The notes: generated from the letters alone by a model not told the origin. 64,000 nucleotides of DNA from an uncultured bacterium (GCA_963726455.1 CAVSCK010000003.1:608001-672000); one strand, 5' to 3'; positions 1-10,381 are shown, numbered from the stretch's first letter. Made by a program: numbers and translations.

Positions 1-620
1 ACCCCGGCATGAGAATCAAACCCGGCTCGATGGGCAAACCGTTTCCGGGAATCACGGCGACTGTCGTTGACCTGAAAACTTTCGAGCCAATTACCCGCAA
101 GGGTATTGTCGGACTGATCGCGATCAAACCGGGCTGGCCGTCGATGTTTCGCACCTACTGGAACAACATCGAGACCTACCGCTCGAAGTTCAAGAATGGC
201 TGGTACATTTCCGGCGATCGCGCCTCATTGGACGAGGAAGGATATTTCTGGTTTGTCGGACGCGACGACGATGTTATCAATACTGCCGGCCATCTAGTAG
301 GGCCATTCGAGATCGAATCGGCACTGCTGGAACACCCGGCCGTCGCTGAGTCGGCGGTGGTCGGAAAACCCGATCCGGTCAATATGGAAGTGGTCAAGGC
401 GTTTGTCGCGCTTAAGCCCGGATTCGAGGCATCAAGAGACCTCGACCTTGACATCATGAATTTCGTGCGCAAGAAACTGTCGCCGCTGGCTATGCCGCAG
501 GAAATCGAATTCGTCAAGTCACTTCCCAAGACACGCAGCGGCAAAATCATGCGTCGGGTGCTCCGCGCCAAGGAATGGGGCGAGGAAATCGGCGATACGT
601 CAACATTGGAAAATGATTAG
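1..620 (+). CDS. AMP-dependent acetyl/acyl-CoA synthetase, C-terminal part (5' end outside window)
   Basis: Motifs WYISGD, GRDDDVINTAGHLVGPFEIES and LPKTRSGKIMRR of AcsA-type adenylating enzymes. Confidence 0.9.
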   Translation, partial: PGMRIKPGSMGKPFPGITATVVDLKTFEPITRKGIVGLIAIKPGWPSMFRTYWNNIETYRSKFKNGWYISGDRASLDEEGYFWFVGRDDDVINTAGHLVGPFEIESALLEHPAVAESAVVGKPDPVNMEVVKAFVALKPGFEASRDLDLDIMNFVRKKLSPLAMPQEIEFVKSLPKTRSGKIMRRVLRAKEWGEEIGDTSTLEND

Positions 621-713
621 TCTGTAATTTCGTGTGATTCCCGTCGCATTGGGAATTGCTTTCGCTGTTCGGATTTCTTACACTCCGGCAGGTAAAATGA
701 CAAGGAGACAAGC

Positions 714-965
714 ATGGCAGATCTGAGAGATGTGATTCTTACTTACGTCAAGAACGAATATGTCGAGGAAGGCGATGATCTGGAGATCACTTACACCACG
801 CCACTGATTTCGGGCGGGATCGTTGACTCGTTTTCGATGGTGTCACTCAAGCGCTTCCTCGAAAACAAATACAATATCCAGATACCGGATGCCAAGGCCA
901 CGCCGAAGGCATTTGACTCGATAAACAACATTATCCAACTGTTGAAGGAATTCAACATTCAGTAG
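714..965 (+). CDS. Stand-alone acyl carrier protein
   Basis: 83 aa acidic protein with GIVDSFSMV phosphopantetheinylation Ser motif; AAGGAG SD upstream. Confidence 0.85.
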   Translation: MADLRDVILTYVKNEYVEEGDDLEITYTTPLISGGIVDSFSMVSLKRFLENKYNIQIPDAKATPKAFDSINNIIQLLKEFNIQ

Positions 966-973
966 GATCAACT

Positions 974-2221
974 ATGTCATTTCAAGAGACCGTTCGGGAT
1001 ATCTATAAACAGGAACTCAACACGCTGCGTTCGGGCGGCATCTTCAAGGAAGAGCGCATCATCTGTGCGCCGCAGGGCTCCGAAATCGAAGTCGAGTTCC
1101 CAATAGGGGCTGCCAAGAAGAAGGTCATCAACATGTGTGCCAATAATTACCTCGGGTTGTCGTCTCATCCCGATGTAATTGCCGCCGCGCGTGAAGGGCT
1201 CGATCGTCGCGGCTACGGCATGTCATCGGTGAGATTCATTTGCGGCACCCAGGACATCCACAAACAACTTGAGCAGAAACTCACCGAGTTTCTCGGCACT
1301 GAGGACACGATTCTATTTCCGTCCTGCATGGATGCCAACGCCGGTGTGTTCGAGGCCGTACTGACCGATCAGGACGTTATGATCGCTGACCGACTGGTGC
1401 ATGCCTCCATCGTTGACGGCATGCGTCTCTGCAAAGCTCAACAGGATACCTTCAAGCACTCCGATATGGGACACCTCGAGGAGAAACTGCAACTTCATCA
1501 AAGTGCCCGGCTACGACTAGTCATCACTGACGGATCGTTCTCGATGGACGGTGATCTGGCACGGCTGGATAAGATCGTGGAGTTGGCGGAAAAGTACAAT
1601 TCAATGGTGTTTGTCGATGACTCTCATGCCAGCGGCTTTATCGGCAAGACCGGTCGTGGCACGCACGAACACTTTGGCGTCGTCGGTAAGATCGATATTA
1701 TCACGACCACGCTGGGCAAGGCGCTGGGCGGTGCTTCGGGCGGCTGCGTATCAGGCCGTCGCGAATTGGTGGAAATGTGCCGCCAAAAAGCCAGACCTTA
1801 TTTGTTTTCCAACACAATTCCGCCCGTTGTTGTTTCCGGTGCGCTACGAGTTTTGGAAATCATCAGCGCTACCACGGAACGCCGCGACAAACTCGAACGC
1901 AATACCGAGTTTTGGCGCAAGGGTCTGACTGAAGCCGGCTTCATTATCAAAGAAGGCGAGACGCCGATCGTGCCGGTGATGTTGTTCAATGCCAAGTTGT
2001 CTCAGGACGTCGCGAAGGATTTGTACGACGAAGGCATCTACGCCGTCGGTTTCTTCTTCCCGGTCGTTCCCAAAGGACAAGCGCGAATCCGCACGCAGCT
2101 CTCCGCAGCACACGAGATGCATCATCTGGAAAAAGCGCTGGCGGCATTCATCAAAGTCGGCAAGAAATACGGCATCTTGCACAAGTCGAAACAGGAAATC
2201 ATCGACACCTTTGGAATGTGA
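974..2221 (+). CDS. kbl: Glycine C-acetyltransferase (2-amino-3-ketobutyrate CoA ligase), alpha-oxoamine synthase family
   Basis: NMCANNYLGL, SSVRFICGTQ, DDSH, TLGKALGG (PLP Lys) and ARPYLFSN motifs. Confidence 0.9.
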   Translation: MSFQETVRDIYKQELNTLRSGGIFKEERIICAPQGSEIEVEFPIGAAKKKVINMCANNYLGLSSHPDVIAAAREGLDRRGYGMSSVRFICGTQDIHKQLEQKLTEFLGTEDTILFPSCMDANAGVFEAVLTDQDVMIADRLVHASIVDGMRLCKAQQDTFKHSDMGHLEEKLQLHQSARLRLVITDGSFSMDGDLARLDKIVELAEKYNSMVFVDDSHASGFIGKTGRGTHEHFGVVGKIDIITTTLGKALGGASGGCVSGRRELVEMCRQKARPYLFSNTIPPVVVSGALRVLEIISATTERRDKLERNTEFWRKGLTEAGFIIKEGETPIVPVMLFNAKLSQDVAKDLYDEGIYAVGFFFPVVPKGQARIRTQLSAAHEMHHLEKALAAFIKVGKKYGILHKSKQEIIDTFGM

Positions 2222-2258
2222 TCCTCAGTACACGGTCGGCAAGTGATTGAGGGGCGAC

Positions 2259-3143
2259 TTATTTCGTCGCCCCTTTGATTTTGTCCGATGATTCCTCCGA
2301 AGCAAGGTCCACTTGCGTCTTTCCTTTGACAAACCGTGACAGCAACGCTACGATCAAGAGGATTCCGATCAGCGAGGCGATGATCATTGGGCCGGTCGGC
2401 CTGTCGAAAGTGACCGACAGCACTAAACCTATAAGTGCTGCCGGCATGGCCAGCGCCCAGCCAAGCACGAGCCGCCAGAATTTGGACCGCGTTACCAGCA
2501 ACGCACTCACCGGTGGTATCACAAGTAACGAAAACACCAGCAAGACTCCGGCGACGTGCACGGACGATGTTACCACCATGCCGAAGCTGGCGTAGAAGAG
2601 GAAATCCCACAACAGCACTTTGGTTCCTTGCGCAATTGCGCGCGATCGGTCTTCGGAAATCATAAAGAACTGGCGGCGGAACAGGTAATGAAACAGACCG
2701 ATTCCCGAATAGAGCAATGCGATGACAACTAACTCGCGGGGTGAGCAAGTCAACAGCGACCCGGCCAGCATGTGCTCCAATTCCTCCATGCCCTGTGGCA
2801 ACCCGGCGAGCAAGATTACAGCCAGCGCAGAGAATCCTGCGTAGACAATTCCGATGAAGGCCTCCTGGGGGACGCGATTATCCCTGGTTCGCGAGAGCGA
2901 AATGATCAACGCCGCAAGCAACGTAAACGCAAGCGAGACGAAATACTCACTTCCCGTGTGGGGTTGGATCCCCAGTATGATCGCCACCACTGATCCAAAT
3001 GCGGCAGCCTGTGCCAGCGACAGATCAACGAAAATCACACCCCGGCTCACGACATGAAATCCGAGATAGGCGTGAATGCCTGCCAGGATCAGTCCAGCGA
3101 CTGCCGCCAATAAGACAAATGGCTCAAGAAACGTGTGCATCAT
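2259..3143 (-). CDS. Metal (Zn/Mn) ABC transporter permease, ZnuB/MntB family
   Basis: Hydrophobic; GFHVVSRGVIFVDLSLAQ and AGVLLVFSLLVIPP; start trimmed to ATG at 3143 overlapping the upstream stop (ATGA). Confidence 0.85.
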   Translation of the reverse strand: MMHTFLEPFVLLAAVAGLILAGIHAYLGFHVVSRGVIFVDLSLAQAAAFGSVVAIILGIQPHTGSEYFVSLAFTLLAALIISLSRTRDNRVPQEAFIGIVYAGFSALAVILLAGLPQGMEELEHMLAGSLLTCSPRELVVIALLYSGIGLFHYLFRRQFFMISEDRSRAIAQGTKVLLWDFLFYASFGMVVTSSVHVAGVLLVFSLLVIPPVSALLVTRSKFWRLVLGWALAMPAALIGLVLSVTFDRPTGPMIIASLIGILLIVALLSRFVKGKTQVDLASEESSDKIKGATK

Positions 3144-4030
3144 GGGGTCGCCTGGCCTTCGCTGAGGGTCTTGAGAATTACATCGAACAGAGCAAAGTAG
3201 TCTGTCGCCTCGGGTACTCCGCCGACGGATGGAGGAAGTATCACGACCTTCGCCCCCGTTTCGCGCGCGATCGTGTTGGGTGCACGGTCGGAAAAATAGG
3301 GTTCGCGACAAATGAGCTTGATATTTCGCTTCTTGACGAGATCGATGATATCAGCCGTATGTGACGGCGACGGTTCGATACCCGGCTTCGGTTCAACAAA
3401 GCCGTCGACCTTGATCCCAAAAGCATCGGCAAAGTAGGGCCAGCTCTCATGATAAGTTATGATTTCGAGACCCTGCAATGTGGCGGCTGCCGTCTTCCAC
3501 GCGGCCAGTTTTTCGGCCAGCTTCTTTCCAAATACCTCGCGATTCTTGCGATAGGTGTCCGCATTCTGAGGATCGACAGTCACCAGGCCGTCGAGAATAT
3601 TGTCGGCAATGATCAGGCCGTTGGAGGGATTGAGCCAGTAATGCGGGTTGCCCTGGGGATGAACATCACCCATAGACGCATTAACAGTCTGAGTCGGTCT
3701 TTCCAAGACATCGATGTTCTTGGAACAGTCGACGACGACCAATTTGCCGTTGCGCGATCCGTCAATAATCGGCGCGGCCCAGCTATCTAGTTCCAATCCC
3801 ACTTTCAAATACAAATCTGCTCTGCTGACTTTGAGCATATAACTGGGCAATACTTCGACAGAGTGGGGATTTGCCGTGCCGCGATTGAGAGATTCCACCT
3901 TCACCAAATCGTCGCCGATCATTTCCGCAATAGAAGCAAGATCGGAAGTGGAAGTCACGATCATGATCTTTCCTAAAGCGGATGCCGCGCAGCAAAGCAC
4001 CAGGGTCAGCAACAGTATTACGTTCTTCAT
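3140..4030 (-). CDS. Metal ABC transporter substrate-binding protein, ZnuA/TroA family
   Basis: Signal peptide; NPH, GDVHPQGNPHYWL, YHESWPYF and EPKPGIEPSPSH motifs. Confidence 0.9.
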   Translation of the reverse strand: MKNVILLLTLVLCCAASALGKIMIVTSTSDLASIAEMIGDDLVKVESLNRGTANPHSVEVLPSYMLKVSRADLYLKVGLELDSWAAPIIDGSRNGKLVVVDCSKNIDVLERPTQTVNASMGDVHPQGNPHYWLNPSNGLIIADNILDGLVTVDPQNADTYRKNREVFGKKLAEKLAAWKTAAATLQGLEIITYHESWPYFADAFGIKVDGFVEPKPGIEPSPSHTADIIDLVKKRNIKLICREPYFSDRAPNTIARETGAKVVILPPSVGGVPEATDYFALFDVILKTLSEGQATP

Positions 4031-4038
4031 GGCTCCTC

Positions 4039-5211
4039 CTAAAACTGATGTGGCTTGTGCGGACCCATACTGAATATAACCTGCAGCCCCACCAGAAATT
4101 GCGATTTCTTGGAAGTCTCGTTCGGGTTCGCCAGCAACGATGAATCGTGAATATTGAATTTCATATAACGTCCATATAATCGGATCAGGGTTGTTTCTTC
4201 GACTAAGGCGAATCCGGCAAACCCCGTTAGTGCGAGCGTGGAGTTCTTATTGTCGAATCTGCCGAGCGGTGTGTTGTTGCCGACTGATGGACCGGTGTCG
4301 TAGGTGTCACCCGCTTCGTAGTCAAAGACACCCGGCGCGTAATCAATCATTCCTCCGGCGTTGTAACGTTTCAGGAAACGCCAGTCAACATATCCGTAAC
4401 CGCCATGATTGCTGACCGATCCTGTTCCCGCGCTGTTGAGAATGTCACGCCTGTTCCAGAGCCACTCTCCCTGGACCACGACAGCCGTGTAGTCACTTGG
4501 GCGGTACTTATACTTGAAGTCGATATTAACCATCGTGGCATTGAGACTATGTCCGCCGGAAAGCGGCGAGTTGCTTCCGAGATAGATCCCTCTAAGTCCG
4601 CTTACGCCGACGTCCACATTGCCGAATTCGCCCACCGGCAGAAAGGCGTTGAGGCGTCCGACCGCGATCGGTCTTTGGGTTCCCCGATCCAAACCGTCGA
4701 ATTCGAGCGACTTTCCGCTCAAGACATTCAACGATAGCTTCGAGTAGAAACCCACGGGCAGCAATGTGCTCAGATCGAAGCCGACATCGTTGAGACCGTC
4801 GGCCCCGATCAACATGCGATAAACCAGCGGTCGATCAACGAATGACCAAGCATGAGGATGCTCCTGATTCAGCTTGCCAAAGTCCACAAGATATTTCCCC
4901 ACTTTGATATTCAAGTTCCACGGCAGCCCGCGAACAATGGTGGCGCTGGCCTCCTCGATTTCGAAATTATCGCCGCTGCTGGTGACGATGGCGTTGCCGA
5001 CGGCAAACGGATTGAGATAACCTTGAATGGCGATCTCAAGTTCTTCGAAAGCGAGATTTAGGTTATTTCTCTTCGCCGAACTGTCTATGTTTTGAGTAAA
5101 AGCTCGGAAATCGCCTATCGCGCTCAAATCGGCGGGAGCGAGCGCTAGAGCTGACCCGCTAGTTACCATAATCGCGAGCAGACAGAAAGCTAGGAAGAAT
5201 CGCAGCTTCAT
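4039..5211 (-). CDS. Outer-membrane beta-barrel protein associated with metal uptake
   Basis: Signal peptide, FGKLNQEHPHAW motif, amphipathic strands, C-terminal GPHKPHQF; AAGGAGG SD. Confidence 0.7.
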   Translation of the reverse strand: MKLRFFLAFCLLAIMVTSGSALALAPADLSAIGDFRAFTQNIDSSAKRNNLNLAFEELEIAIQGYLNPFAVGNAIVTSSGDNFEIEEASATIVRGLPWNLNIKVGKYLVDFGKLNQEHPHAWSFVDRPLVYRMLIGADGLNDVGFDLSTLLPVGFYSKLSLNVLSGKSLEFDGLDRGTQRPIAVGRLNAFLPVGEFGNVDVGVSGLRGIYLGSNSPLSGGHSLNATMVNIDFKYKYRPSDYTAVVVQGEWLWNRRDILNSAGTGSVSNHGGYGYVDWRFLKRYNAGGMIDYAPGVFDYEAGDTYDTGPSVGNNTPLGRFDNKNSTLALTGFAGFALVEETTLIRLYGRYMKFNIHDSSLLANPNETSKKSQFLVGLQVIFSMGPHKPHQF

Positions 5212-5324
5212 TGCCAGCCTCCTTGTTTAAGTCAGTTTTTCGAACGCAATCGCGATCGGTTGCTACCTCTTGATGTGCGAGGTTGAAACTCACGCGACGG
5301 CGCGTCAGCAATTTGAGAACAAAG

Positions 5325-5630
5325 TCAAGTAAGCAGCCAATTAGGTGGCGAGCGGGAGTTGCGATGCTGAACAGTATCGATCTCGGGGGCAATATCGGCC
5401 CACGCTATAGCAAAACCGACGGCGACCATAGGCTCAGGCGCTGTCGCCGGCGCGATCGGCAGATTGACGAATCCAGAGTGGCAGAGGTTGCAATGGTCGG
5501 AATCATCGTGATGCACAGACAAGTGAACGAGTAACGCGACGCAAGTGACGAACAGAATGCTGACCGCAAACATTGTCCAGGAATTGCCATGCTTCCGAAA
5601 TCGTCGCATCAGATCAGTACCCTTTGACAC
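5325..5630 (-). CDS. Small His/CxxC membrane protein with C-terminal RSPP, DUF2946-like putative leader
   Basis: One TM segment, HHDDSDHCNLCH, Pro/Ala linker, RSPP five residues before the stop; exact start uncertain. Confidence 0.65.
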   Translation of the reverse strand: MSKGTDLMRRFRKHGNSWTMFAVSILFVTCVALLVHLSVHHDDSDHCNLCHSGFVNLPIAPATAPEPMVAVGFAIAWADIAPEIDTVQHRNSRSPPNWLLT

Positions 5631-5806
5631 AAGGTTCCAGTCATTGCCAAGATCGAGTCAGCAGGCCGGTGACGTCCGGTCGCCGGCGATCCTGCTCATC
5701 TATTGATACGCAAGTTATGCCGACGTTAACACATGCTGCTGATCAAATGGGCTGCCGGCGACAAAGCCGGTAGCCCAAAATGAATCGGATAATTGAACTC
5801 GGCCGG

Positions 5807-6586
5807 CTATTGTCCGCCACCTCCGGGACCACCTTGGCCACCACCCTGGCCACCACCCATTCTTCCCATCATGGCTTTCAGTGAATCAATCGGCAGTGCG
5901 TTCTTGGGCATAACAAAAATCGAGTCTGGAATCGCCGGGTTCACCAGAATGGTGTCGATAGTTGCCATCGCCGACTGCGACGCCGCCGAGATATTGATCT
6001 TATGCGGCATCATCAGGCCGCCTTCTTTTCTGTAGTCAGATAATGAAATTGTCGTCTCCCCTGATTTCTGTTTGATAACGTAGTAAGTGGTGGCGTCGAA
6101 GAAGAAGACGGTCGTGTCGTTGGCAGCACTTACAAATTCCAGCTTGTATGCCTTGGCTCCCTTCACGAGATCTTCACCAAGATACTTCACCTTGGCCCCG
6201 GACTTCTTGTAATTGACCAGGGGGAACCGGTCGGCCTGGCTCAAGGTCTGCGCCTTGTCTTCTCCGGTAAGATAATAGGTACCCATCGGCAGCTTAAACC
6301 AGGCATCCGTGCCGTTGGTCCCGATGGACTGCATAGGCATTCCGCCCATCAGCATTTCGGTGTAGCTCTTGTTGGGCATCACGTACTGGATCTTCATATC
6401 CATCGTCATTTGGCCGGTAATCGTGCTTCCCTTAAGAATCAGGGACTTCAGGGAGGCGAAACTCTGTTCACCTCCGCTTGCCGCAATGTACTTGCCGATC
6501 AAGTCATCGGCAGTCATTTCGGCACCGATTAGAGGTGCAGCCAGTCCAAACAATAGTGTTGCTGCTAGAATAAGTCGTCTAATCAT
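5807..6586 (-). CDS. Secreted LolA-like / outer-membrane lipoprotein-sorting family protein with Gly-rich tail
   Basis: Signal peptide from MIRRLIL (ATG 6586, AAGGAG SD); 'KYIAASGG', 'FFDATTY', 'SDYRKEGGLMMPH' and 'VNPAIPDSIFVMP' pattern. Confidence 0.6.
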   Translation of the reverse strand: MIRRLILAATLLFGLAAPLIGAEMTADDLIGKYIAASGGEQSFASLKSLILKGSTITGQMTMDMKIQYVMPNKSYTEMLMGGMPMQSIGTNGTDAWFKLPMGTYYLTGEDKAQTLSQADRFPLVNYKKSGAKVKYLGEDLVKGAKAYKLEFVSAANDTTVFFFDATTYYVIKQKSGETTISLSDYRKEGGLMMPHKINISAASQSAMATIDTILVNPAIPDSIFVMPKNALPIDSLKAMMGRMGGGQGGGQGGPGGGGQ

Positions 6587-6777
6587 TGGTTTCTCCTTGA
6601 GTAAAAAGTGACTCCATCTGCGTGGGCTCAATAACGAACATTTTCCGAACCGACGCAACAGTTTTGGGTCTGTAAGCGCCTTGTTTTTGTTGCTTTAGTT
6701 TTACACTTGACTCATAATCCTGACTAAGAGAAAAGCAGCCGAAGAGGGGCTGCACCGACTTAACAACCGGAGGAATT

Positions 6778-7368
6778 ATGAAATTGAGGATCTTCCTGCT
6801 GACTCTGCTTGCGGCGATGTTCTTGATCCATCCGCTGGCGCAAGGGTTTCGCTTTTCCGTCGGCGCATTCGGGGGAATGAATTTGCCGATTGCGCAATCG
6901 GACACGAAGTCCGGAACCGCGATGGGACTCAAGGCGCGAATACCCATCATGACTTTTATCGCCGTAGAACCAAATTACACCTACCTGAAGAACGGCGACG
7001 GCCAGGTAAGTGTCGAGGACGGCTGGAACACCACCATGAAGCGCGAAGGCGGCAAATTCACTTCCTTTGGAATTGACCTTGCCATCGGCGGCGTGTCCGG
7101 TTTCAAGGGATTCAACGCTTACGCCCTGCTCGGAATTGCTTCAGCGAAATACGCCAAGAAAGGGCTGCCGGATATGACCAAGGGTTCCTACTGGCTCGGC
7201 GTCGGCTTTGAATATGGCATCACGGATTTCCTTTCCGCCGAAGTTCGCGCAAAGGGTTTGATCTTCCCTTATAAGGATGACGCCTACAGCAAAGGAGACA
7301 CCGGCTCGCGTAAGAACGGAGTGATCAGTCTCGGCCTGAACTACTTTTTCACGGTAGGGGAGAAATAA
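6778..7368 (+). CDS. Outer-membrane 8-stranded beta-barrel (OmpA/porin-like) protein
   Basis: GGAGG SD, signal peptide, alternating beta strands, C-terminal SLGLNYFF. Confidence 0.7.
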   Translation: MKLRIFLLTLLAAMFLIHPLAQGFRFSVGAFGGMNLPIAQSDTKSGTAMGLKARIPIMTFIAVEPNYTYLKNGDGQVSVEDGWNTTMKREGGKFTSFGIDLAIGGVSGFKGFNAYALLGIASAKYAKKGLPDMTKGSYWLGVGFEYGITDFLSAEVRAKGLIFPYKDDAYSKGDTGSRKNGVISLGLNYFFTVGEK

Positions 7369-7371
7369 GCC

Positions 7372-7911
7372 ATGAAGAAGACATCAATTATCGCTCTCAA
7401 GGTAGGCCTGGGCATCCTGGCGCTGCTATTTACGCTCGGCAACAACTGCATCACGTCCGGCAACGTGGTTGTCGTGATGGATCTGGATCCCGTCAACGGA
7501 CAGACCGAGCAGCATTTCAATCCCGTGTCGGTCGATCTCAAGACCAATTCTGACTGGAACGATCATAAGGAACAGCTTAATAGCGTTGACGACATCGGCT
7601 TTGCCTGCAAGATCACGAATAATACCTCGTCGGTAGCGACCGGGCAGGTCTGGATTTCTGAGAAGAGCTACACCACGCCGGCGGACGTGCAGGAACATGC
7701 GGTCAAGATACTCGATGGAATCGTCGTACCCGCAGACGGAATCAAGACTGTCAATTGGGGCGAATCGGCAGGGTATCTCTCCAATTTCAACCTGGCCAAG
7801 GCGATTGTCTACGGTGAAGTCTTCTACCTGTATTTCATGGCCGAAAACGTGCCGTTCGACATCAACGTAACAGACATCGTGCTGTTCTTATCGATCAACG
7901 GCAAGCCATAA
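7372..7911 (+). CDS. Hypothetical exported protein / lipoprotein
   Basis: N-terminal hydrophobic signal followed by Cys (LGNNC); coupled to the upstream gene. Confidence 0.65.
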   Translation: MKKTSIIALKVGLGILALLFTLGNNCITSGNVVVVMDLDPVNGQTEQHFNPVSVDLKTNSDWNDHKEQLNSVDDIGFACKITNNTSSVATGQVWISEKSYTTPADVQEHAVKILDGIVVPADGIKTVNWGESAGYLSNFNLAKAIVYGEVFYLYFMAENVPFDINVTDIVLFLSINGKP

Positions 7912-7933
7912 GAATTTCCCGCAGCAAAAGAAT

Positions 7934-7966
7934 AAGGGTGACTGGACTCAGTCACCCTTTGTTTTA
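7934..7966. terminator. Bidirectional intrinsic terminator
   Basis: AAGGGTGACTG-gact-CAGTCACCCTT stem with T/A tracts, between convergent genes. Confidence 0.8.
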
Positions 7967-7986
7967 TCTGCCCATCGAATAGAGTC

Positions 7987-10267
7987 TCAGGTACGCAGCA
8001 GGTACTGCAATTTGAGAAAATACTGGTGTCCGGTCTTCGTCCAGTTATTAAGGAGACCACTTCTCCCTTCCGGCTGTTGGAATCCACGCGTGGCGCCGAA
8101 ATAGAAGATCGTGAAGGGGTTCAGTTTGTAGCTTAGCAGCGGTTCGAGCGACATACTGCGGTTGAAGTTGTCATACTGAACTACCAAACGCAGAAACCAT
8201 TCGCGCGAGAATTGATAGTTGATGCGCGTCCGCGTGACGTACCCGCTGTAGATCTCCGTGCCATCGGGATAATCCAATTTCTCATAAGCGTATTCCGGAC
8301 TGATCACCAGACTCCGCCAAAAGCGCAGAGACGCCGCGGCCGAGAAACTGGTGGCACGTCCCAACACCGGCACTTCAATATTGCGGGCGATAAGTCGACC
8401 ATGCATCAGGAATAAGTCAACTGTTACGGGCTTCGCAGGGCTACTTTCTATGTTTAGTGTCCAGCGCTCAATACCAGGCAAATAGACGTTCCGATATGTC
8501 TCACTGCTCCACAGGTAACTGACCTCCACCATTGTCTGCCGCTTGAACAACACATTGAGTTGCGGCATCAGCCATTCATCTTTACGTGGACCGGCAAAAT
8601 TCCAGACGCGCCCGACATACATCGATGGCGAGATTTCGTCGATCAGTTTCGTGTTGGGGCGGAAATACAGGCCGTTCCAGATTTCTGCCTGTCGCCGGTC
8701 GTTACGCTCCAGGTATCCGTTATCGACTCTGAAAGTCGGACTCAACTCGTCATACGTGATCGAGCTGTTCCACAGTCTGGCATCGCGCATCAGGGCCAGG
8801 TGCAGCGCATGACCCCAGTATGATTCGCCGTCGAAAGCCGAAGTATGCCGACCGCGCTCGAAGGTGGCCGAATTGAGGCCCTCCGTCATCATCGTATCAT
8901 TCGGCTCGGCCGTACGGCTCCCCAGCAGTCCAACGGCGAAACGGTAATTTGTCAGAAACCGCAGCGAGGCATCTACTCCAATGTCACTTCCTGCGCCGCC
9001 CGCATCCAGCCGTCGATCGGTGACGAGCGCACCGATGTATGAGTCATCCAGCAAGGTTTGCTTGACACGAACGATATTCGAGAAACTCTTGCCGACCTCC
9101 AATTGCACCGAGTGCTCTTCGAAAGGCATCACCAGCGGCGTGGTCCGATCGCGGGCGCCGATATATCCAATCGCGGTGCGGTTGATACGGCCGGTTAGTT
9201 TGGCGGCAGTCAATGGATCATTGATCGAACGCGTGTAGACGGCGTTGACGTACGTCTGAAAGAGATCGGCGCCTTCCTGAAAGAAGGGGCGCTTCTCCGG
9301 ATAATACAGTGCATACGGCGTGTTGACGTCGATCTGTGCGGCGTCGGATTCAATCTGGCTAAAATCGGGATTGTATGTAGCATCGGCCGTGAAATTCGAA
9401 GCCATCAAGTAGCGCAAATTCAGCGATGCCTCCGCCTTGATCGGATCACTTCTTCAGGCCCGATCCCAGATCATAGGGATCGCGCAATTGCGTTGTTTGA
9501 TAAGATATCAGTGAAGGCAGGATTTCGTATTTGCCGGCTGGCTTGGCGTCTGCCATTCCTCTGAGAGTACCCCACTGGCATAAGTTGCAGGGAACATCGC
9601 GATTAATGGCCGCCCAACTGTACCGCTCGCGACTTGATCGTGGACGATTGCGCCAGAAGTTGGCTTTCCATTCCTGGATTGACTTGTTGGGAAACCGCAG
9701 ACTAGCGAAAGGAATTGCCACCTCGACCTGGTAGCCGGTATCAGTCACTTTCCCTTTGGAATAGAAGACAATGTCGAATTGCCCATCTTCCTGCCCATCA
9801 GTCGTCAATTTCACGTCACCCTGGCAGCCGAGCGGGTTGACAAATATCTCATAAGCCCACGAGGCGTCACCATAAGTGTCTAACAGGATACCAACATAGT
9901 CGTCAGAAAATATTTCATCGCGATCGCGCATGGTGGCGCGAACAGCCGCCGAATCGTCTGAACAAATGAAACCGAGATAGAAATTATCGTTATCATAGGT
10001 CACCAGCACTTCCGTTTCGACCGGCGGCTTGGTGCGATCGCCTGGGCTGGTTTCCGAAAAATTGGTGGCCTTGGCAGCATCCCGCCAGCCCGCGTCGTCA
10101 AAGTCGCCGTCGATCTTGATCGGGCCGGAGGCACGATTTATCATTAACTGTGGTTTATCGTTGGGAACAAAAGCAGTCTGCGCGCTGGCAGAGTTAGTCT
10201 GGCTTACAATGACGAGCGATACCAGAATATTCAGAAGGCGGAGCAAGTCGTTCTTACCAAGGTGCAT
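7987..10267 (-). CDS. CBM9-like / DUF5916 outer-membrane protein, split by one frameshift near 9446
   Basis: N-part IKIDGD..DAGW, YDNDNFY, RDRD; C-part NPDFSQIESDA and YPEKRPFFQEG; the frames join as ..GLK-SDPIKAEASLNLRY. Confidence 0.8.
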
Positions 10268-10381
10268 CTTATATCCAACTACGGCGAAATATAATCAATG
10301 GTTTCCGAGAATGCACGTGTTCTCTTAGTCCGGCGAAATCTCGCAGGTTTAAAGGAAATGACGTCAATCGACACAAACTGC

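Noticed and set aside
5631-5800. Zur/Fur operator upstream of the metal-uptake leader
   Set aside because: No convincing AT-rich inverted repeat is visible.
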